Positions 1 through 10,969 of a stretch of DNA of 64,000 nucleotides are shown here, piece by piece. A model generated the notes under the pieces. It worked only from the letters and a program-made list of their open reading frames with translations, was not told the DNA's origin and searched no databases. The translations under genes and the position numbers were made by a program. The stretch spans positions 1 to 64,000 of the forward strand of contig JALHMH010000019.1 in assembly GCA_022844165.1 (NCBI GenBank). Direction: 5' to 3'. The stretch is from Lysobacterales bacterium (GTDB taxonomy: Bacteria; Pseudomonadota; Gammaproteobacteria; Xanthomonadales; SZUA-5). Within the stretch, counting starts at the first letter, position 1. Every line of letters begins with the position of its first letter.

Positions 1-1092
1 CTGGAATGCCAGTTCGCTTTCGATGCGGCGGGCAAGTTGGACTGGTTGGTGCTGCCGACCATCCCGGAAAAGCACCAGTATCCGCAACTGCCGGCGCTAT
101 TCGACCAACCTCTTTCTCGGGCCGACTTCGTTGCGCAGTTGAAGACGTGGGCCAGTGCACGAGCCGAAGAACTCAAGCTCCGGTTTGAGGAACGCATGCG
201 GGTGGTGATCCACGCGCATGTGGCCGCCACCGGAATCGCTGCTGCTGCCCTGGCACTGAGTTACGCCATGCCGGGAAAGAGCCTGACGCTGACGGTGGTG
301 GTGGCCGTGCTGTTGGTGATCGAGCTGATCCTGCTGGGCCTGGGCTGGCGCACGCATCAGCGCCTGCACGACGACAAGAACACCGCCGACTGGGCTACCG
401 CCCGTCTGGCGGCGGAGGTGGCGCGTAGTGCGCACACGCTGGGGCCGGGTAACGACAAAATCTTGGTCGACGGCAAGCCCACCGATGTGCACTTCGCCGG
501 CCAGCACACCCACCTTCAGGCGCTATTCGATTTGCCAATGCCCGAGGATTTCCGCGCACTGGCTCGCACGCTGAACGTGCTGCACCTTGAAGCCACGTTG
601 CCCAACAAAGCCGCCGATTGGCGGCTACTGCGAGACCGCTACGTGCGCGAGCGACTCGACACCACGCTGACCAGGAACCGCGGACAGATTCCGTACTTTG
701 AGAAGGAACTCGCCATCGCCGAACGCATGGTGCACGGCGCCCATCGCGCTTTCAACGTCTTCGTGGGCGCCGCAGTGGCCGCCACCGCCTGCAAGCTGAT
801 CCTGCCTGCTCTCGCGATCAAGCTCAGCCCGCTCGCCGCCACGCTCAGCTGGCTGGCCATCGTGATGCCCGTGCTCGCTGTCGCGGTGATGTCGATCTCC
901 GCCAACCTCGACAAAGACGCCCGCGGCAGCACCTTCCGCGACGTGAAAGATTTCCTGGAGCGCCGGCGCATACTACTCAACGCCGCCGAAACCGAACCCG
1001 AGTTCCTACGCCTGCAAGCCGAGTGTGAGATCAAGCTGCTTAGCGAGACTTTGCACTGGTATTACCGACGGAGATTTGCGAACCCGGCCTGA
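1..1092 (+). CDS. Membrane protein with tandem SLATT/DUF4231-like 2TM effector domains (5' end outside the window)
   Basis: Frame is open from base 1. Two pairs of TM helices, with the SLATT-like signatures WATARLAAEVARS, YVRERL...QIPYF and ECEIKLLSETLHW. Confidence 0.6.
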   Translation: MECQFAFDAAGKLDWLVLPTIPEKHQYPQLPALFDQPLSRADFVAQLKTWASARAEELKLRFEERMRVVIHAHVAATGIAAAALALSYAMPGKSLTLTVVVAVLLVIELILLGLGWRTHQRLHDDKNTADWATARLAAEVARSAHTLGPGNDKILVDGKPTDVHFAGQHTHLQALFDLPMPEDFRALARTLNVLHLEATLPNKAADWRLLRDRYVRERLDTTLTRNRGQIPYFEKELAIAERMVHGAHRAFNVFVGAAVAATACKLILPALAIKLSPLAATLSWLAIVMPVLAVAVMSISANLDKDARGSTFRDVKDFLERRRILLNAAETEPEFLRLQAECEIKLLSETLHWYYRRRFANPA

Positions 1093-1260
1093 TCGGCGAT
1101 GCTGGCAGCGCAGCAGCGCCGCGCCAGACCAACCCAACCAGCGCCGACCTGCCCCGCACCCGAACTTCGCAGAGGCCCAGGATGACCAAGCTTGATCAGT
1201 GCCACCACCGCCGATCTGGCCAGCGCGCGGGCTGGTCTGGCCAAGGGATTGGCGATCCAA

Positions 1261-1362
1261 ATCGCGCCACTCGCCACGCGAATCGCGCCAATTCTCACGG
1301 CAATTTGGCGCGATATCGTTGACTTTGGCGCGATTGTGGCGTGATCGTGGCTTATCGCGCCA
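1261..1362. repeat. Cluster of ATCGCGCCA nonamers in both orientations
   Basis: ATCGCGCCA at 1261, 1282 and 1354. Reverse complement TGGCGCGAT at 1306 and 1326. One-mismatch copy TGGCGTGAT at 1337. Confidence 0.7.
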
Positions 1363-1374
1363 CGTGGGTGTGCC

Positions 1375-1839
1375 AAGCGCGTTTCGCGCCTCGGGGCGAA
1401 TGTGCCGCTGATCAAGCACAATCTGGCGCCGCTGTCGTTCGTCGATGTTCCGGAGTTCGAATACCTTGCAGGCACGCTGGCGGTATACGAGCTCAATCGC
1501 GTGGAGCTGCTGCGCGAAGTTTTCGCGTGGGCCTACGAGCGTTCCTGTCAGCGCTACACCGCTATCAAGAACAGCTTGCCCGAGCCCGATCCGCTCCGTT
1601 TGCGCTATCGCGATGCGCTGACGGACATGGTGGCTGGGATGGTTCGCGGGCTCGCACAGATCGAGGATGAGACCATCCGGCGGCTTGCCGTGCCCTTGGT
1701 GGATGCCGACGATTTGGACGCCTTCGTGGCGATAGTGACCAACGAGTTGTATCAGCTCCATGAGGGCAGTTTGGTCCGATATCGCCTGCGGCCAACGGAG
1801 TTTGCCCGATGGGTATGGAGCCGGCAGAGCGCCGGTTGA
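1375..1839 (+). pseudogene. C-terminal fragment of a Fic-family protein
   Basis: Reads KRVSRLGANVPLIKHNLAPLSFVDVP...YELNRVELLREVFAWAYERS, i.e. it starts inside the HPFxDGNKRxxR motif. An in-frame TGA at 1342-1344 precedes it and the catalytic His is absent. Confidence 0.7.
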
Positions 1840-1988
1840 TCAGGTGCCGTCGCTTGAGCACAAACAGTCGAGCCCATGATGCGACTGATGTTGCGTTAAC
1901 ACCTGGGTCCCCTTCCCGATCGGCATGGCCCGTTTGCCGATCCGTTTGCGCGTTGAGTGTTTACCGACAGATCAAAGGAAGGAGCAAC

Positions 1989-2258
1989 ATGAACAAGTTG
2001 TGGCTGTTCATCGTATCGGCCTCGTGGGCTGTGAGCATGACGACGCAGGCTGCGGCCTCGGGTCCGACGGCAGCGGGCGCCACGCCGTCGGCCGAGAACG
2101 CCCGTGTCGCCGTCGTGACGGGATGCGATGGTCCGGATGGGTTTCGCCTGATCGTGCTCGATTCGGGCGCGACGATGCTTCTCCCGTGTTCCGGAGACGC
2201 ACCGCAGTCGGGGACGAACAACTCAATGGTGGATGATCTGAACGCTTTGATACGCTGA
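1989..2258 (+). CDS. Small putative secreted protein (89 aa, two Cys)
   Basis: AGGAG RBS before ATG 1989. Signal-peptide-like N-terminus MNKLWLFIVSASWAVSMTTQAAA. Confidence 0.55.
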   Translation: MNKLWLFIVSASWAVSMTTQAAASGPTAAGATPSAENARVAVVTGCDGPDGFRLIVLDSGATMLLPCSGDAPQSGTNNSMVDDLNALIR

Positions 2259-2291
2259 CTGTCTGCAAATGACGTCCGGTGCGTTTGGACG

Positions 2292-2861
2292 TTACCGCGC
2301 ATCGTCGAACGCGATGCGTTCGTAGATGTCGCTGAGCGCGAGGGTGGTTTCGGGGCACGGCAGGGAAACGTGGTCTTCCCATTGGCTATAGGTGGTGAAC
2401 TGCCAAACGCTGCCGGCGCGGCGATAAAGATCGACCCGCAGTTGGTCCTGGCTGACCAGCAAATAGGCTTCGAGCGTGGGAATGCGCTGGTAGTTGTAGA
2501 GCTTTTCGCCGCGATCGATGCGTTCGGTGCTATCCGACAGCACTTCTACGACCAGACAGGGCCGTGATTTCAGATTAGGATCGCGGTCGTCCGGGTCGCA
2601 GCAGACCATTACATCCGGGTAATAGATCACCTCGTCGATGTGCACGCGCACATCGGCAATGAACGCCTCGCACGGTCCGGTACGGCTGGCCTGGTGCAAT
2701 CGGGCGCCGATATTGAGGGAAATGCGGTTGTGCCGCACGCTCGCGCCGGCCATGGCAAACGCTTGCCCGGCGGCGAATTCGTGTTTGATCAGACTTTGTT
2801 CCTCAAACGCCAGGTACTCGGCAACCGACATCAAGGGCTGAACTTTCGCAAGTGCGGACAT
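2292..2861 (-). CDS. Uma2 family (DUF820) endonuclease
   Basis: MSVAEYLAFE..KHEF, YYPDVMV, VVEVLSDSTERIDRGEK..YQRIPTLEAYLLVSQD. Confidence 0.9.
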   Translation of the reverse strand: MSALAKVQPLMSVAEYLAFEEQSLIKHEFAAGQAFAMAGASVRHNRISLNIGARLHQASRTGPCEAFIADVRVHIDEVIYYPDVMVCCDPDDRDPNLKSRPCLVVEVLSDSTERIDRGEKLYNYQRIPTLEAYLLVSQDQLRVDLYRRAGSVWQFTTYSQWEDHVSLPCPETTLALSDIYERIAFDDAR

Positions 2862-2929
2862 CGGCAAACCCTCGCTCGCTTTTGCCTGGATGATAGCTCA
2901 GGCCCCCGGTACCAGTCGTCGTAAGCTGG

Positions 2930-3140
2930 CTATCGTCTGCGAACCGCGCACTCGCGGCGGGTCCGTTTCAAGCGCATGAAACCCTGCAACATCCCTGGTT
3001 CGCACGACCACTCAACAGACCAGCCCAACCCCTGCACGGCATCCGCCACCTGCTCTATCGGCAGCGCGGTGATTTTCTCGGCCAGCGGATAACGCCGGTT
3101 GCCGCGATACACCACGAACAACTGGCGAGGTCTGGAGATG
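2930..3140 (-). pseudogene. Possible remnant of the C-terminus of an AAA+/DUF4143 ATPase
   Basis: PRQLFVVYRGNRRYPLAEKITALPIE resembles the tail of DUF4143 proteins. An in-frame stop lies just upstream and there is no ATPase core. Confidence 0.35.
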
Positions 3141-3163
3141 ATCGGTCACGCCGAGATTGGCGC

Positions 3164-3889
3164 CTAACGCGATGCCTCAATACCCGGAATACAACCGCCG
3201 TCGTCGTGGATGGCCAGATCGAATGCGGTACTGGCAGGCACCTTGCGTTCGCGCAGGCGCACGAAGCGTTGTTTGCATTCCAGCGGGCAGCACACCTCGG
3301 CGTCGCGCCACGGTTCGCGCAGGCTGCAACTGGGCATTTTCATCACGCAGGTATCGAAGACCGCCAGCTCGTCTTGCATGCAGGCTTGCACGCCGCCGAC
3401 ACAGCGTCCGCGCAGTGCGATGGGCGTCTCGGGATCGTTCATCAGTTTGACGAAACCTCGCTTCACGACTCGGCGCTCGCCGTTTCGGGCCAGGATGCCC
3501 TGGATACGATCGCCCACTTTGCGCGAGCCGCAAAGGTGCAGGGTGTCGTCTTTGCTCATGCGCCACATCGGCGTGTCGATCATGCCTTCGGCGTGCAGAT
3601 CGCTAAGCAGCGCATCGACCTCGATCTTCTGCACGTCGTTGAGCGCCACGTCCGCGTTTGCCTGGAAGACATCGAACGCCAGCCAGAGACGGGCAGGTGC
3701 ATCGCACCATCGCTCTTCAGGCTCGCCGGATTCCGTCGCTTCGGGCGGCGTTTCAGCAACTGGTTCGGGATTGCCACAAGGTTCGTCGCTGAACACGATC
3801 GTGCCATCCGGGCTCTTGCAACGGTGCACGGTGTCCTGCGCTAACAGGGGCAGCGCGAAAAACAGGCAAAGCGCTAGGCAGTACTTCAT
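3164..3889 (-). CDS. Secreted DUF4124-domain protein with Cys-rich C-terminus
   Basis: Signal peptide MKYCLALCLFFALPLLA, then VHRCKSPDGTIVFSDEPC (DUF4124 pattern). Eight Cys in the last ~80 aa. Confidence 0.75.
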   Translation of the reverse strand: MKYCLALCLFFALPLLAQDTVHRCKSPDGTIVFSDEPCGNPEPVAETPPEATESGEPEERWCDAPARLWLAFDVFQANADVALNDVQKIEVDALLSDLHAEGMIDTPMWRMSKDDTLHLCGSRKVGDRIQGILARNGERRVVKRGFVKLMNDPETPIALRGRCVGGVQACMQDELAVFDTCVMKMPSCSLREPWRDAEVCCPLECKQRFVRLRERKVPASTAFDLAIHDDGGCIPGIEASR

Positions 3890-4146
3890 GACGGCTCGCT
3901 GGCGTTTGGTGAATTGAGCATAGCGGGAACAAATCGAAAAGAACGAGCGCCAAGTTGGGCGCGAAGCAGCGGCGAAGCAGATCGCGCAAGCGGACTGGGA
4001 TTTTCGTCGAGCGCATCCGATGCCCTGTCCAGATCGCTTAACTGGGGTTCTTCGGATCACGACAATGCCAACCTGTTCTTTGAAGTCTGGAAATGCGGGC
4101 TGCGGTTCGCGTGCGACAATGCCAAGCGTCGAATTGGGACAAGACT

Positions 4147-4773
4147 ATGACTCAGGTTCAAACACTGACACCACAAAAGGGTTGGGCGCTCACCGCTGCG
4201 GTCATGGCATTGCTGATTTGGTCGGGCGTCGGGCCAGAAGATCGGCTGACGTGGTTGATGGAAGTGATCTGGGTCCTCGTCGGCGTGCCGTTGTTGATCG
4301 CCACTTACCAGCGCTATCCCTTAACGCGATTGTTGTACGTGTTGATCGCGCTGCATTGCGCCTTGCTCATCGTCGGCGGTCACTACACTTATGCCAAAGT
4401 GCCGCTCGGAATGTGGGTGCAGGATGCCTTCGATCTGACGCGCAATCACTATGATCGTCTTGGCCATTTCGCGCAGGGTTTTGTGCCGGCCATCCTCGCT
4501 CGCGAGCTGTTGCTGCGGAACACAGCGCTGAAGCCCGGTGGCTGGTTGTTTTACCTGGTGGTTGCCGCGGCGCTGTCGTTCAGTGCATTTTTCGAGATGA
4601 TCGAATGGTGGGCGGCGCTGGTTTGGGGCGCCGACGCCGATGCATTTCTCGCCACGCAGGGCGATGTCTGGGATACGCAGTGGGACATGTTCATGGCGAT
4701 GGTGGGCGCCGTGCTCGCGCAGCTCATGCTCGCGCGTTGGCACGATCGACAGCTATTCGCGCTTGGCAAGTAA
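4147..4773 (+). CDS. DUF2238 / YjdF-like inner membrane protein
   Basis: GGHYTYAKVPLG, RNHYDRLGHFAQGF, FLATQGDVWDTQWDM. Confidence 0.9.
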   Translation: MTQVQTLTPQKGWALTAAVMALLIWSGVGPEDRLTWLMEVIWVLVGVPLLIATYQRYPLTRLLYVLIALHCALLIVGGHYTYAKVPLGMWVQDAFDLTRNHYDRLGHFAQGFVPAILARELLLRNTALKPGGWLFYLVVAAALSFSAFFEMIEWWAALVWGADADAFLATQGDVWDTQWDMFMAMVGAVLAQLMLARWHDRQLFALGK

Positions 4774-5598
4774 CTTCTCCAGGCGCACGAATCGCTCCAG
4801 CATCTGCGCGTGGATTTGATCGGTCTTTTCGTGCAGGTGCGCGATCTCGAGCTCCGCTTTCACGTTGACTTCGTACTCGATATCTGAGCGCAAACGATCT
4901 TTCTCTGCTTGTCGTTGCTGCGAAATCAGCACAAAACACGACAAGAAAATTGCCTCCAGGGAGACGATCATCGTCAACAGCCCAAACGGATACGGATCGA
5001 AGTGCCGTATCCCCAAGTTGAAGGTATTGATGCAGATCCAGGTGATGAACCAGGAGGCGTTGATCAACAGAAACGGCAGGCTGCCGCTGAACCACGCGAT
5101 CCAATCGGACAGGCGCTGAAACACCGTCAGGTTTTCGTTGGCTTCTTCGTTGGCGTTTCGCGACACACGCGTGCGCAACAGCTCGTCGGCCTTGCGCGTC
5201 ATATGTCCCATGGCCGCCAGCAGGCCCAGCGCCGCGTCCGGTGTCTTGCGGAACAGCGTCAGCAAATCGCCGCGGTCAAGCTCCAGCAATTCCGTGTCGC
5301 TCAGCGCGCAGGCCGTGGCGGTGCGCGGGCCCATATCGAGTAACGCCAGTTCGCCAAACACCTGGCCCGGCACGGCAATCGTCAGCACAATCTTCTGCCC
5401 GGCGGTGTCCTTGATGTAGAGCTCAACTTCACCACTCTTGACGATGAACAGCGAGTCGCCCGGTTCGCCGGTCTTGAACAGTGTGTCGCCGGCGGCCAGT
5501 GAACGCAGATCGATGACCTCTGCGAGCTTGGAGCGGTCATCTGCGTCGAGGTGTTCGAAGAGGCTGACGCCGGAGAGAAGTTCGGGAGTGCAGGGCAT
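4753..5598 (-). CDS. Cyclic-nucleotide-binding + DUF1003 membrane protein
   Basis: CNB motif FGELALLDMGPRTATA. DUF1003 motif FDPYPFGLLTMIVSLEAIFLSCFVLISQ. Confidence 0.85.
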   Translation of the reverse strand: MPCTPELLSGVSLFEHLDADDRSKLAEVIDLRSLAAGDTLFKTGEPGDSLFIVKSGEVELYIKDTAGQKIVLTIAVPGQVFGELALLDMGPRTATACALSDTELLELDRGDLLTLFRKTPDAALGLLAAMGHMTRKADELLRTRVSRNANEEANENLTVFQRLSDWIAWFSGSLPFLLINASWFITWICINTFNLGIRHFDPYPFGLLTMIVSLEAIFLSCFVLISQQRQAEKDRLRSDIEYEVNVKAELEIAHLHEKTDQIHAQMLERFVRLEKLLAKRE

Positions 5599-5613
5599 TT
5601 GTCTGGTGATCGG

Positions 5614-6171
5614 CTATGGAGTTTCTGATGGGGAGTTGCTCGGCTGATGCGCCAGCTTGTTGATGGCTTTCTCGAACTCCATCAACGCTTGTTGGTTGGC
5701 GAACACGCGAAGCGGGACGGCGAAGATTCCCAACGACTGCAACTGGATCACTGCATCCTCTTTTGCAACCAGGAATCGGCGAATTTCAGTATCCGGAAAA
5801 CTCGCGGAGCTCTTGCTTGTGGTCATGATCAGATGCGTGTCGTTCACGCTCAGGTGGTTCGACGATGGGAACGGGCCGAAGCGATCGACCATCGCGTTGA
5901 ATGCAAAACGCCGTGTCCGCCAATGTTCCCATCCGATCACGACCGCAACAGACGAAAAACCGCCAATCGCGAATAGGAGATTCACCTCGTCCCAACTGGG
6001 CATCGAGCCGATCTCCCTGAGCACGCCCATCATCCCGAAACCGATGAATAGCCAAAGGACCACGTTCGGCAGCATCTGGTCAAGCCACGTCCGCTGTATC
6101 GCATCGAATTCGCGGGCAAGCCGCAAACAACGCGCCACATCCTCGCGTGTCAGCTGATAGCGAAGTTCCAT
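5614..6171 (-). CDS. YcxB-like membrane protein
   Basis: MELRYQLTRED N-terminus, two TM segments, C-terminal VPLRVF. Confidence 0.55.
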   Translation of the reverse strand: MELRYQLTREDVARCLRLAREFDAIQRTWLDQMLPNVVLWLFIGFGMMGVLREIGSMPSWDEVNLLFAIGGFSSVAVVIGWEHWRTRRFAFNAMVDRFGPFPSSNHLSVNDTHLIMTTSKSSASFPDTEIRRFLVAKEDAVIQLQSLGIFAVPLRVFANQQALMEFEKAINKLAHQPSNSPSETP

Positions 6172-6214
6172 TTTCTCCCCCCATGGAACCTGTGATCGAA
6201 CAACCGAGTCCGTT

Positions 6215-7249
6215 TCAGCCCCATGAACACACGACTTTGCCGCACGTCCCCGCTTCCATCAAGTCGAAGCCGCGTTGAAAGTCGTCGATGTGGATTTGGT
6301 GGGTCAGCACTTTTTGCAGCGGGAAACCGGTGAGCACCATCTGTGTCATCTTGTACCAGGTCTCGTACATGCGCCGGCCGTAGATGCCGTGCAGCGTGAG
6401 CCCCTTGAAGATCACCTTGTCCCAGTCGATGCCTGCGCCTTTGGGCAGTATCCCCAATAGCGCAATTTTGCCGCCGTGGTACATACAATCGAGCATGTCC
6501 TCAAACGCGCGCTGATTGCCGCTCATCTCCAGGCCGACATCGAAGCCTTCCATGTGCAAATCGCTCATCACATCCTTAACCGACTGTTTGGCGACATTGA
6601 CCACGCGGGTCGCGCCCATATCGGCCGCCAGTTTCAATCGAAAGTCGTTGACGTCGGTCACCACGACATTGCGCGCACCGATGTGTTTACAGATGCCAGC
6701 AGCGATGATGCCGATCGGACCTGCGCCGGTGATCAGCACGTCTTCGCCGATCACGTCGAATTCCAGCGCGCAGTGTGCCGCGTTGCCGTAGGGATCGAAA
6801 AACGCGGCCAGTTCCGAGGGAATCTGGTCCGGTATTGGCCATAAGTTCGACGCCGGCATCGCGATGTACTCGGCGAACGCGCCGTGGCGGTTGACGCCGA
6901 TGCCGATGGTGTACGGACACAAGTGTTGTTTGCCGGCTCGGCAATTGCGGCAAACGCCGCACACGATATGACCTTCGGCCGACACGCGCTGCCCGATCTG
7001 ATATCCGCGCACGCCATTGCCCATCTCGACAATGCGGCCAACGAATTCGTGGCCGATCACCAGGCCCGGTTTGATGGTGCGCTGGCTCCACTCATCCCAT
7101 TTGTAGATGTGCAAGTCCGTGCCGCAGATTGCGGTCTTTTCGAGTTTGACCAGCACATCGTTTGGGCCGATGTCTGGCAACGGCACCTCTTCCATCCAAA
7201 TGCCCTTACCCGCTTCGCGCTTGACCAGCGCCTTCATCATCTTGCCCAT
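6215..7249 (-). CDS. tdh: L-threonine 3-dehydrogenase
   Basis: [20 protein letters not shown], structural-Zn CGVCRNC...[23 protein letters not shown] before ATG 7249. Confidence 0.97.
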   Translation of the reverse strand: MGKMMKALVKREAGKGIWMEEVPLPDIGPNDVLVKLEKTAICGTDLHIYKWDEWSQRTIKPGLVIGHEFVGRIVEMGNGVRGYQIGQRVSAEGHIVCGVCRNCRAGKQHLCPYTIGIGVNRHGAFAEYIAMPASNLWPIPDQIPSELAAFFDPYGNAAHCALEFDVIGEDVLITGAGPIGIIAAGICKHIGARNVVVTDVNDFRLKLAADMGATRVVNVAKQSVKDVMSDLHMEGFDVGLEMSGNQRAFEDMLDCMYHGGKIALLGILPKGAGIDWDKVIFKGLTLHGIYGRRMYETWYKMTQMVLTGFPLQKVLTHQIHIDDFQRGFDLMEAGTCGKVVCSWG

Positions 7250-7350
7250 GACATCCTCCATTGCCGTGGCGCAAGCATAGCGATTCGTTTGTTACCCGGA
7301 TGAGAGTCGCACACCTTTAGCGTGACCTCGCTATGATCTTCGCCACCTGA

Positions 7351-8628
<1,278 letters not shown>

Positions 8629-8630
8629 CG

Positions 8631-9644
8631 ATGGCCACGATGAACATGATTCAGGCCATCAATTCGGCGATGGATGTGATGCTCGAACGCGATCGAGGCA
8701 CGGTCGTATTCGGCGAGGATGTGGGCTATTTCGGTGGCGTGTTCCGCTGCACGGCGGGTTTGCAGAAAAAGTACGGCAAAGAGCGTGTGTTCGATGCGCC
8801 GATCGCCGAGGGCGGCATTCTGGCGACCGCGATTGGCATGGGCGTGTATGGGTTGCGCCCGGTCGTTGAGATTCAGTTTGCCGACTACATCTATCCAGCC
8901 TTCGATCAATTGGTCTCCGAGGCAGCGCGATTACGCTATCGCTCGGGCGGCGAATTCTGGGCGCCCATTACCGTGCGCTCGCCCTGCGGCGGCGGCATTT
9001 TTGGCGGCCAGACGCATAGCCAGAGCCCGGAGGCGGTGTTTACGCACGTGTGCGGTTTGAAGACCGTGATTCCATCCAATCCCGTCGACGCCAAGGGTTT
9101 GCTGATTGCGGCCATCGAGGACGACGATCCGGTGGTGTTCTTCGAACCCAAGCGCATCTACAACGGGCCGTTTGAGGGTTACCACGATCGGCCTCTGGTG
9201 CCGTGGTCGAAACATCCTTTGGGCGAGGTGCCAGACGGTTACTACCGCATCGAACTCGGCAAGGCGGCGATTGTCAGAGAAGGCGCCGCGGTGACGGTGC
9301 TGGCGTACGGTACGATGGTGCACGTCGCTCAGGCCGGTGCGGCGGAGGCCGGTGTCGATGCCGAGATCATCGATTTACGCACCCTGGTGCCGCTGGATAT
9401 CGATTGCATCGTCGCGTCAGTCAAGAAGACGGGGCGTTGCGTCATCGTACACGAAGCGACAAAAACCAGCGGTTTCGGCGCCGAGCTGATGGCACAAGTT
9501 CAAGAGTTGTGCTTCGCGCATCTGGAAGCGCCGATCGTGCGCGTCACCGGCTGGGACACACCTTATCCGCATGCGTTCGAGTGGGAGTATTTCCCAGGCC
9601 CCGATCGCGTCAAGCGCGCGCTCCTAAAAGTGATGGAGGGTTGA
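8631..9644 (+). CDS. bkdA2: Branched-chain 2-oxoacid dehydrogenase E1 beta
   Basis: FGEDVGYFGGVFR, EIQFADY, GGQTHSQSPE, WDTPYPHAFEW. Confidence 0.95.
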   Translation: MATMNMIQAINSAMDVMLERDRGTVVFGEDVGYFGGVFRCTAGLQKKYGKERVFDAPIAEGGILATAIGMGVYGLRPVVEIQFADYIYPAFDQLVSEAARLRYRSGGEFWAPITVRSPCGGGIFGGQTHSQSPEAVFTHVCGLKTVIPSNPVDAKGLLIAAIEDDDPVVFFEPKRIYNGPFEGYHDRPLVPWSKHPLGEVPDGYYRIELGKAAIVREGAAVTVLAYGTMVHVAQAGAAEAGVDAEIIDLRTLVPLDIDCIVASVKKTGRCVIVHEATKTSGFGAELMAQVQELCFAHLEAPIVRVTGWDTPYPHAFEWEYFPGPDRVKRALLKVMEG

Positions 9645-9645
9645 T

Positions 9646-10953
9646 ATGGGACGTTTTGTGTTCAAGCTTCCGGACATCGGCGAAGGCATCGCTGAGAGCG
9701 AGATCGCACAGTGGCGAGTGAAAGTCGGCGATGTGATCGCCGAGGACCAGCCGCTGGCCGATATGTTGACAGACAAAGCCGCGGTCGAAATTTCGTCGCC
9801 GGTGGCCGGCAGAGTGTTGGAGCTGCGCGGCAAAGAGGGCGACATGGCGCCCGTCGGTGGCCCGCTGGTGATCATTGAAGTGGAAGGCGAGGGGACGCCG
9901 GAGGCCGATGTGCCGGCGGCACCGGTGCCGGCCGCTGCGGCGGTTGTGGCCGCGCCGACGGTTGTCGCAGTGCCTGCGCAAGCCGCACCCGTCGCGATCG
10001 AGCCTGCGCCGCCCGCGCCCAGGCCCTCGGTAACGACCCACGGTTCGAACCTGCCCGGCATGCCGCGGCCGGCTGGCGAGAAGCCGCTGGCATCGCCGGC
10101 GGTGCGCACGCGCGCGCACGATCTGGGCATCGCGTTGCAGTACGTGCCGGGCAGTGGTCCAGCCGGTCAGATCACCCACGCCGATCTCGACGCGTTTATC
10201 GCCCGAGGCACGGCGCCGGTGACGGCCGCGCAGAGTGCAGGGATGGTGCCACGCACGGCCGTCGAAGCAATCAAGGTCATTGGCGTGCGGCGTAAGATCG
10301 CCGAGGCGATGCAGCGCAGCAAGCAGCGCATTCCGCACTTCGCATACGTCGAAGAAGTCGATGTCACCGAGCTGGAGAGCTTGCGTAACAAGCTCAATGC
10401 CGACTACGGCAAAGAGCGGGGCAAGTTGACCTTGCTGCCGTTCCTGGTGCGCGCATTGGCCAATGCGATCGTGCGTTTCCCGGAAGTCAATGTCACTTTC
10501 GACGACGAAGCCGGTATCGCGTACCGACACGCCGCGTTGCATGTCGGCATCGCCACGCAAACGCCGAACGGATTGGTGGTGCCGGTGGTGCGCCACGCCG
10601 AAGCGATGGACCTGTGGCAATGCAGCGGACAAATTCGTCGCCTGGCCACTGCGGCACGCGAAGGCAAAGCCAAACGCGACGAGTTGAGCGGGTCGACGTT
10701 GACTATCACCAGCCTGGGCGCGCTGGGCGGCATTGTCACGACGCCCGTGATCAACGCGCCCGAAGTGGCGATCGTGGGCGTCAACAAGATGGTCGAGCGG
10801 CCGATGGTGCGGGCAGGGCAAGTGGCGATCCGCACTATGATGAATCTGTCGTCGTGCTTCGACCATCGCATGGTCGATGGTTACAACGCGGCAGAGTTCA
10901 TCCAGGACGTACGAGCACAATTGGAGCATCCGGCGACGTTGTTTATCGGGTGA
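9646..10953 (+). CDS. bkdB: Dihydrolipoamide acyltransferase E2
   Basis: Lipoyl motif TDKA, E3-binding ASPAVR..GSGPAG, catalytic FDHRMVDG. Confidence 0.93.
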   Translation: MGRFVFKLPDIGEGIAESEIAQWRVKVGDVIAEDQPLADMLTDKAAVEISSPVAGRVLELRGKEGDMAPVGGPLVIIEVEGEGTPEADVPAAPVPAAAAVVAAPTVVAVPAQAAPVAIEPAPPAPRPSVTTHGSNLPGMPRPAGEKPLASPAVRTRAHDLGIALQYVPGSGPAGQITHADLDAFIARGTAPVTAAQSAGMVPRTAVEAIKVIGVRRKIAEAMQRSKQRIPHFAYVEEVDVTELESLRNKLNADYGKERGKLTLLPFLVRALANAIVRFPEVNVTFDDEAGIAYRHAALHVGIATQTPNGLVVPVVRHAEAMDLWQCSGQIRRLATAAREGKAKRDELSGSTLTITSLGALGGIVTTPVINAPEVAIVGVNKMVERPMVRAGQVAIRTMMNLSSCFDHRMVDGYNAAEFIQDVRAQLEHPATLFIG

Positions 10954-10969
10954 TCAAAGGAAGTTTCCG

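Noticed and set aside
1261-1362. CRISPR array or IS terminal repeat
   Set aside because: Units are only 9 bp, in mixed orientation, with no spacers, cas genes or transposase.
9610-10929. 439-aa antisense ORF over bkdB, and similar long shadow ORFs (27672-28679, 30528-31997, 62293-63561)
   Set aside because: They lie opposite or out of frame with well-conserved genes, carry no motifs, and are expected in high-GC coding DNA.
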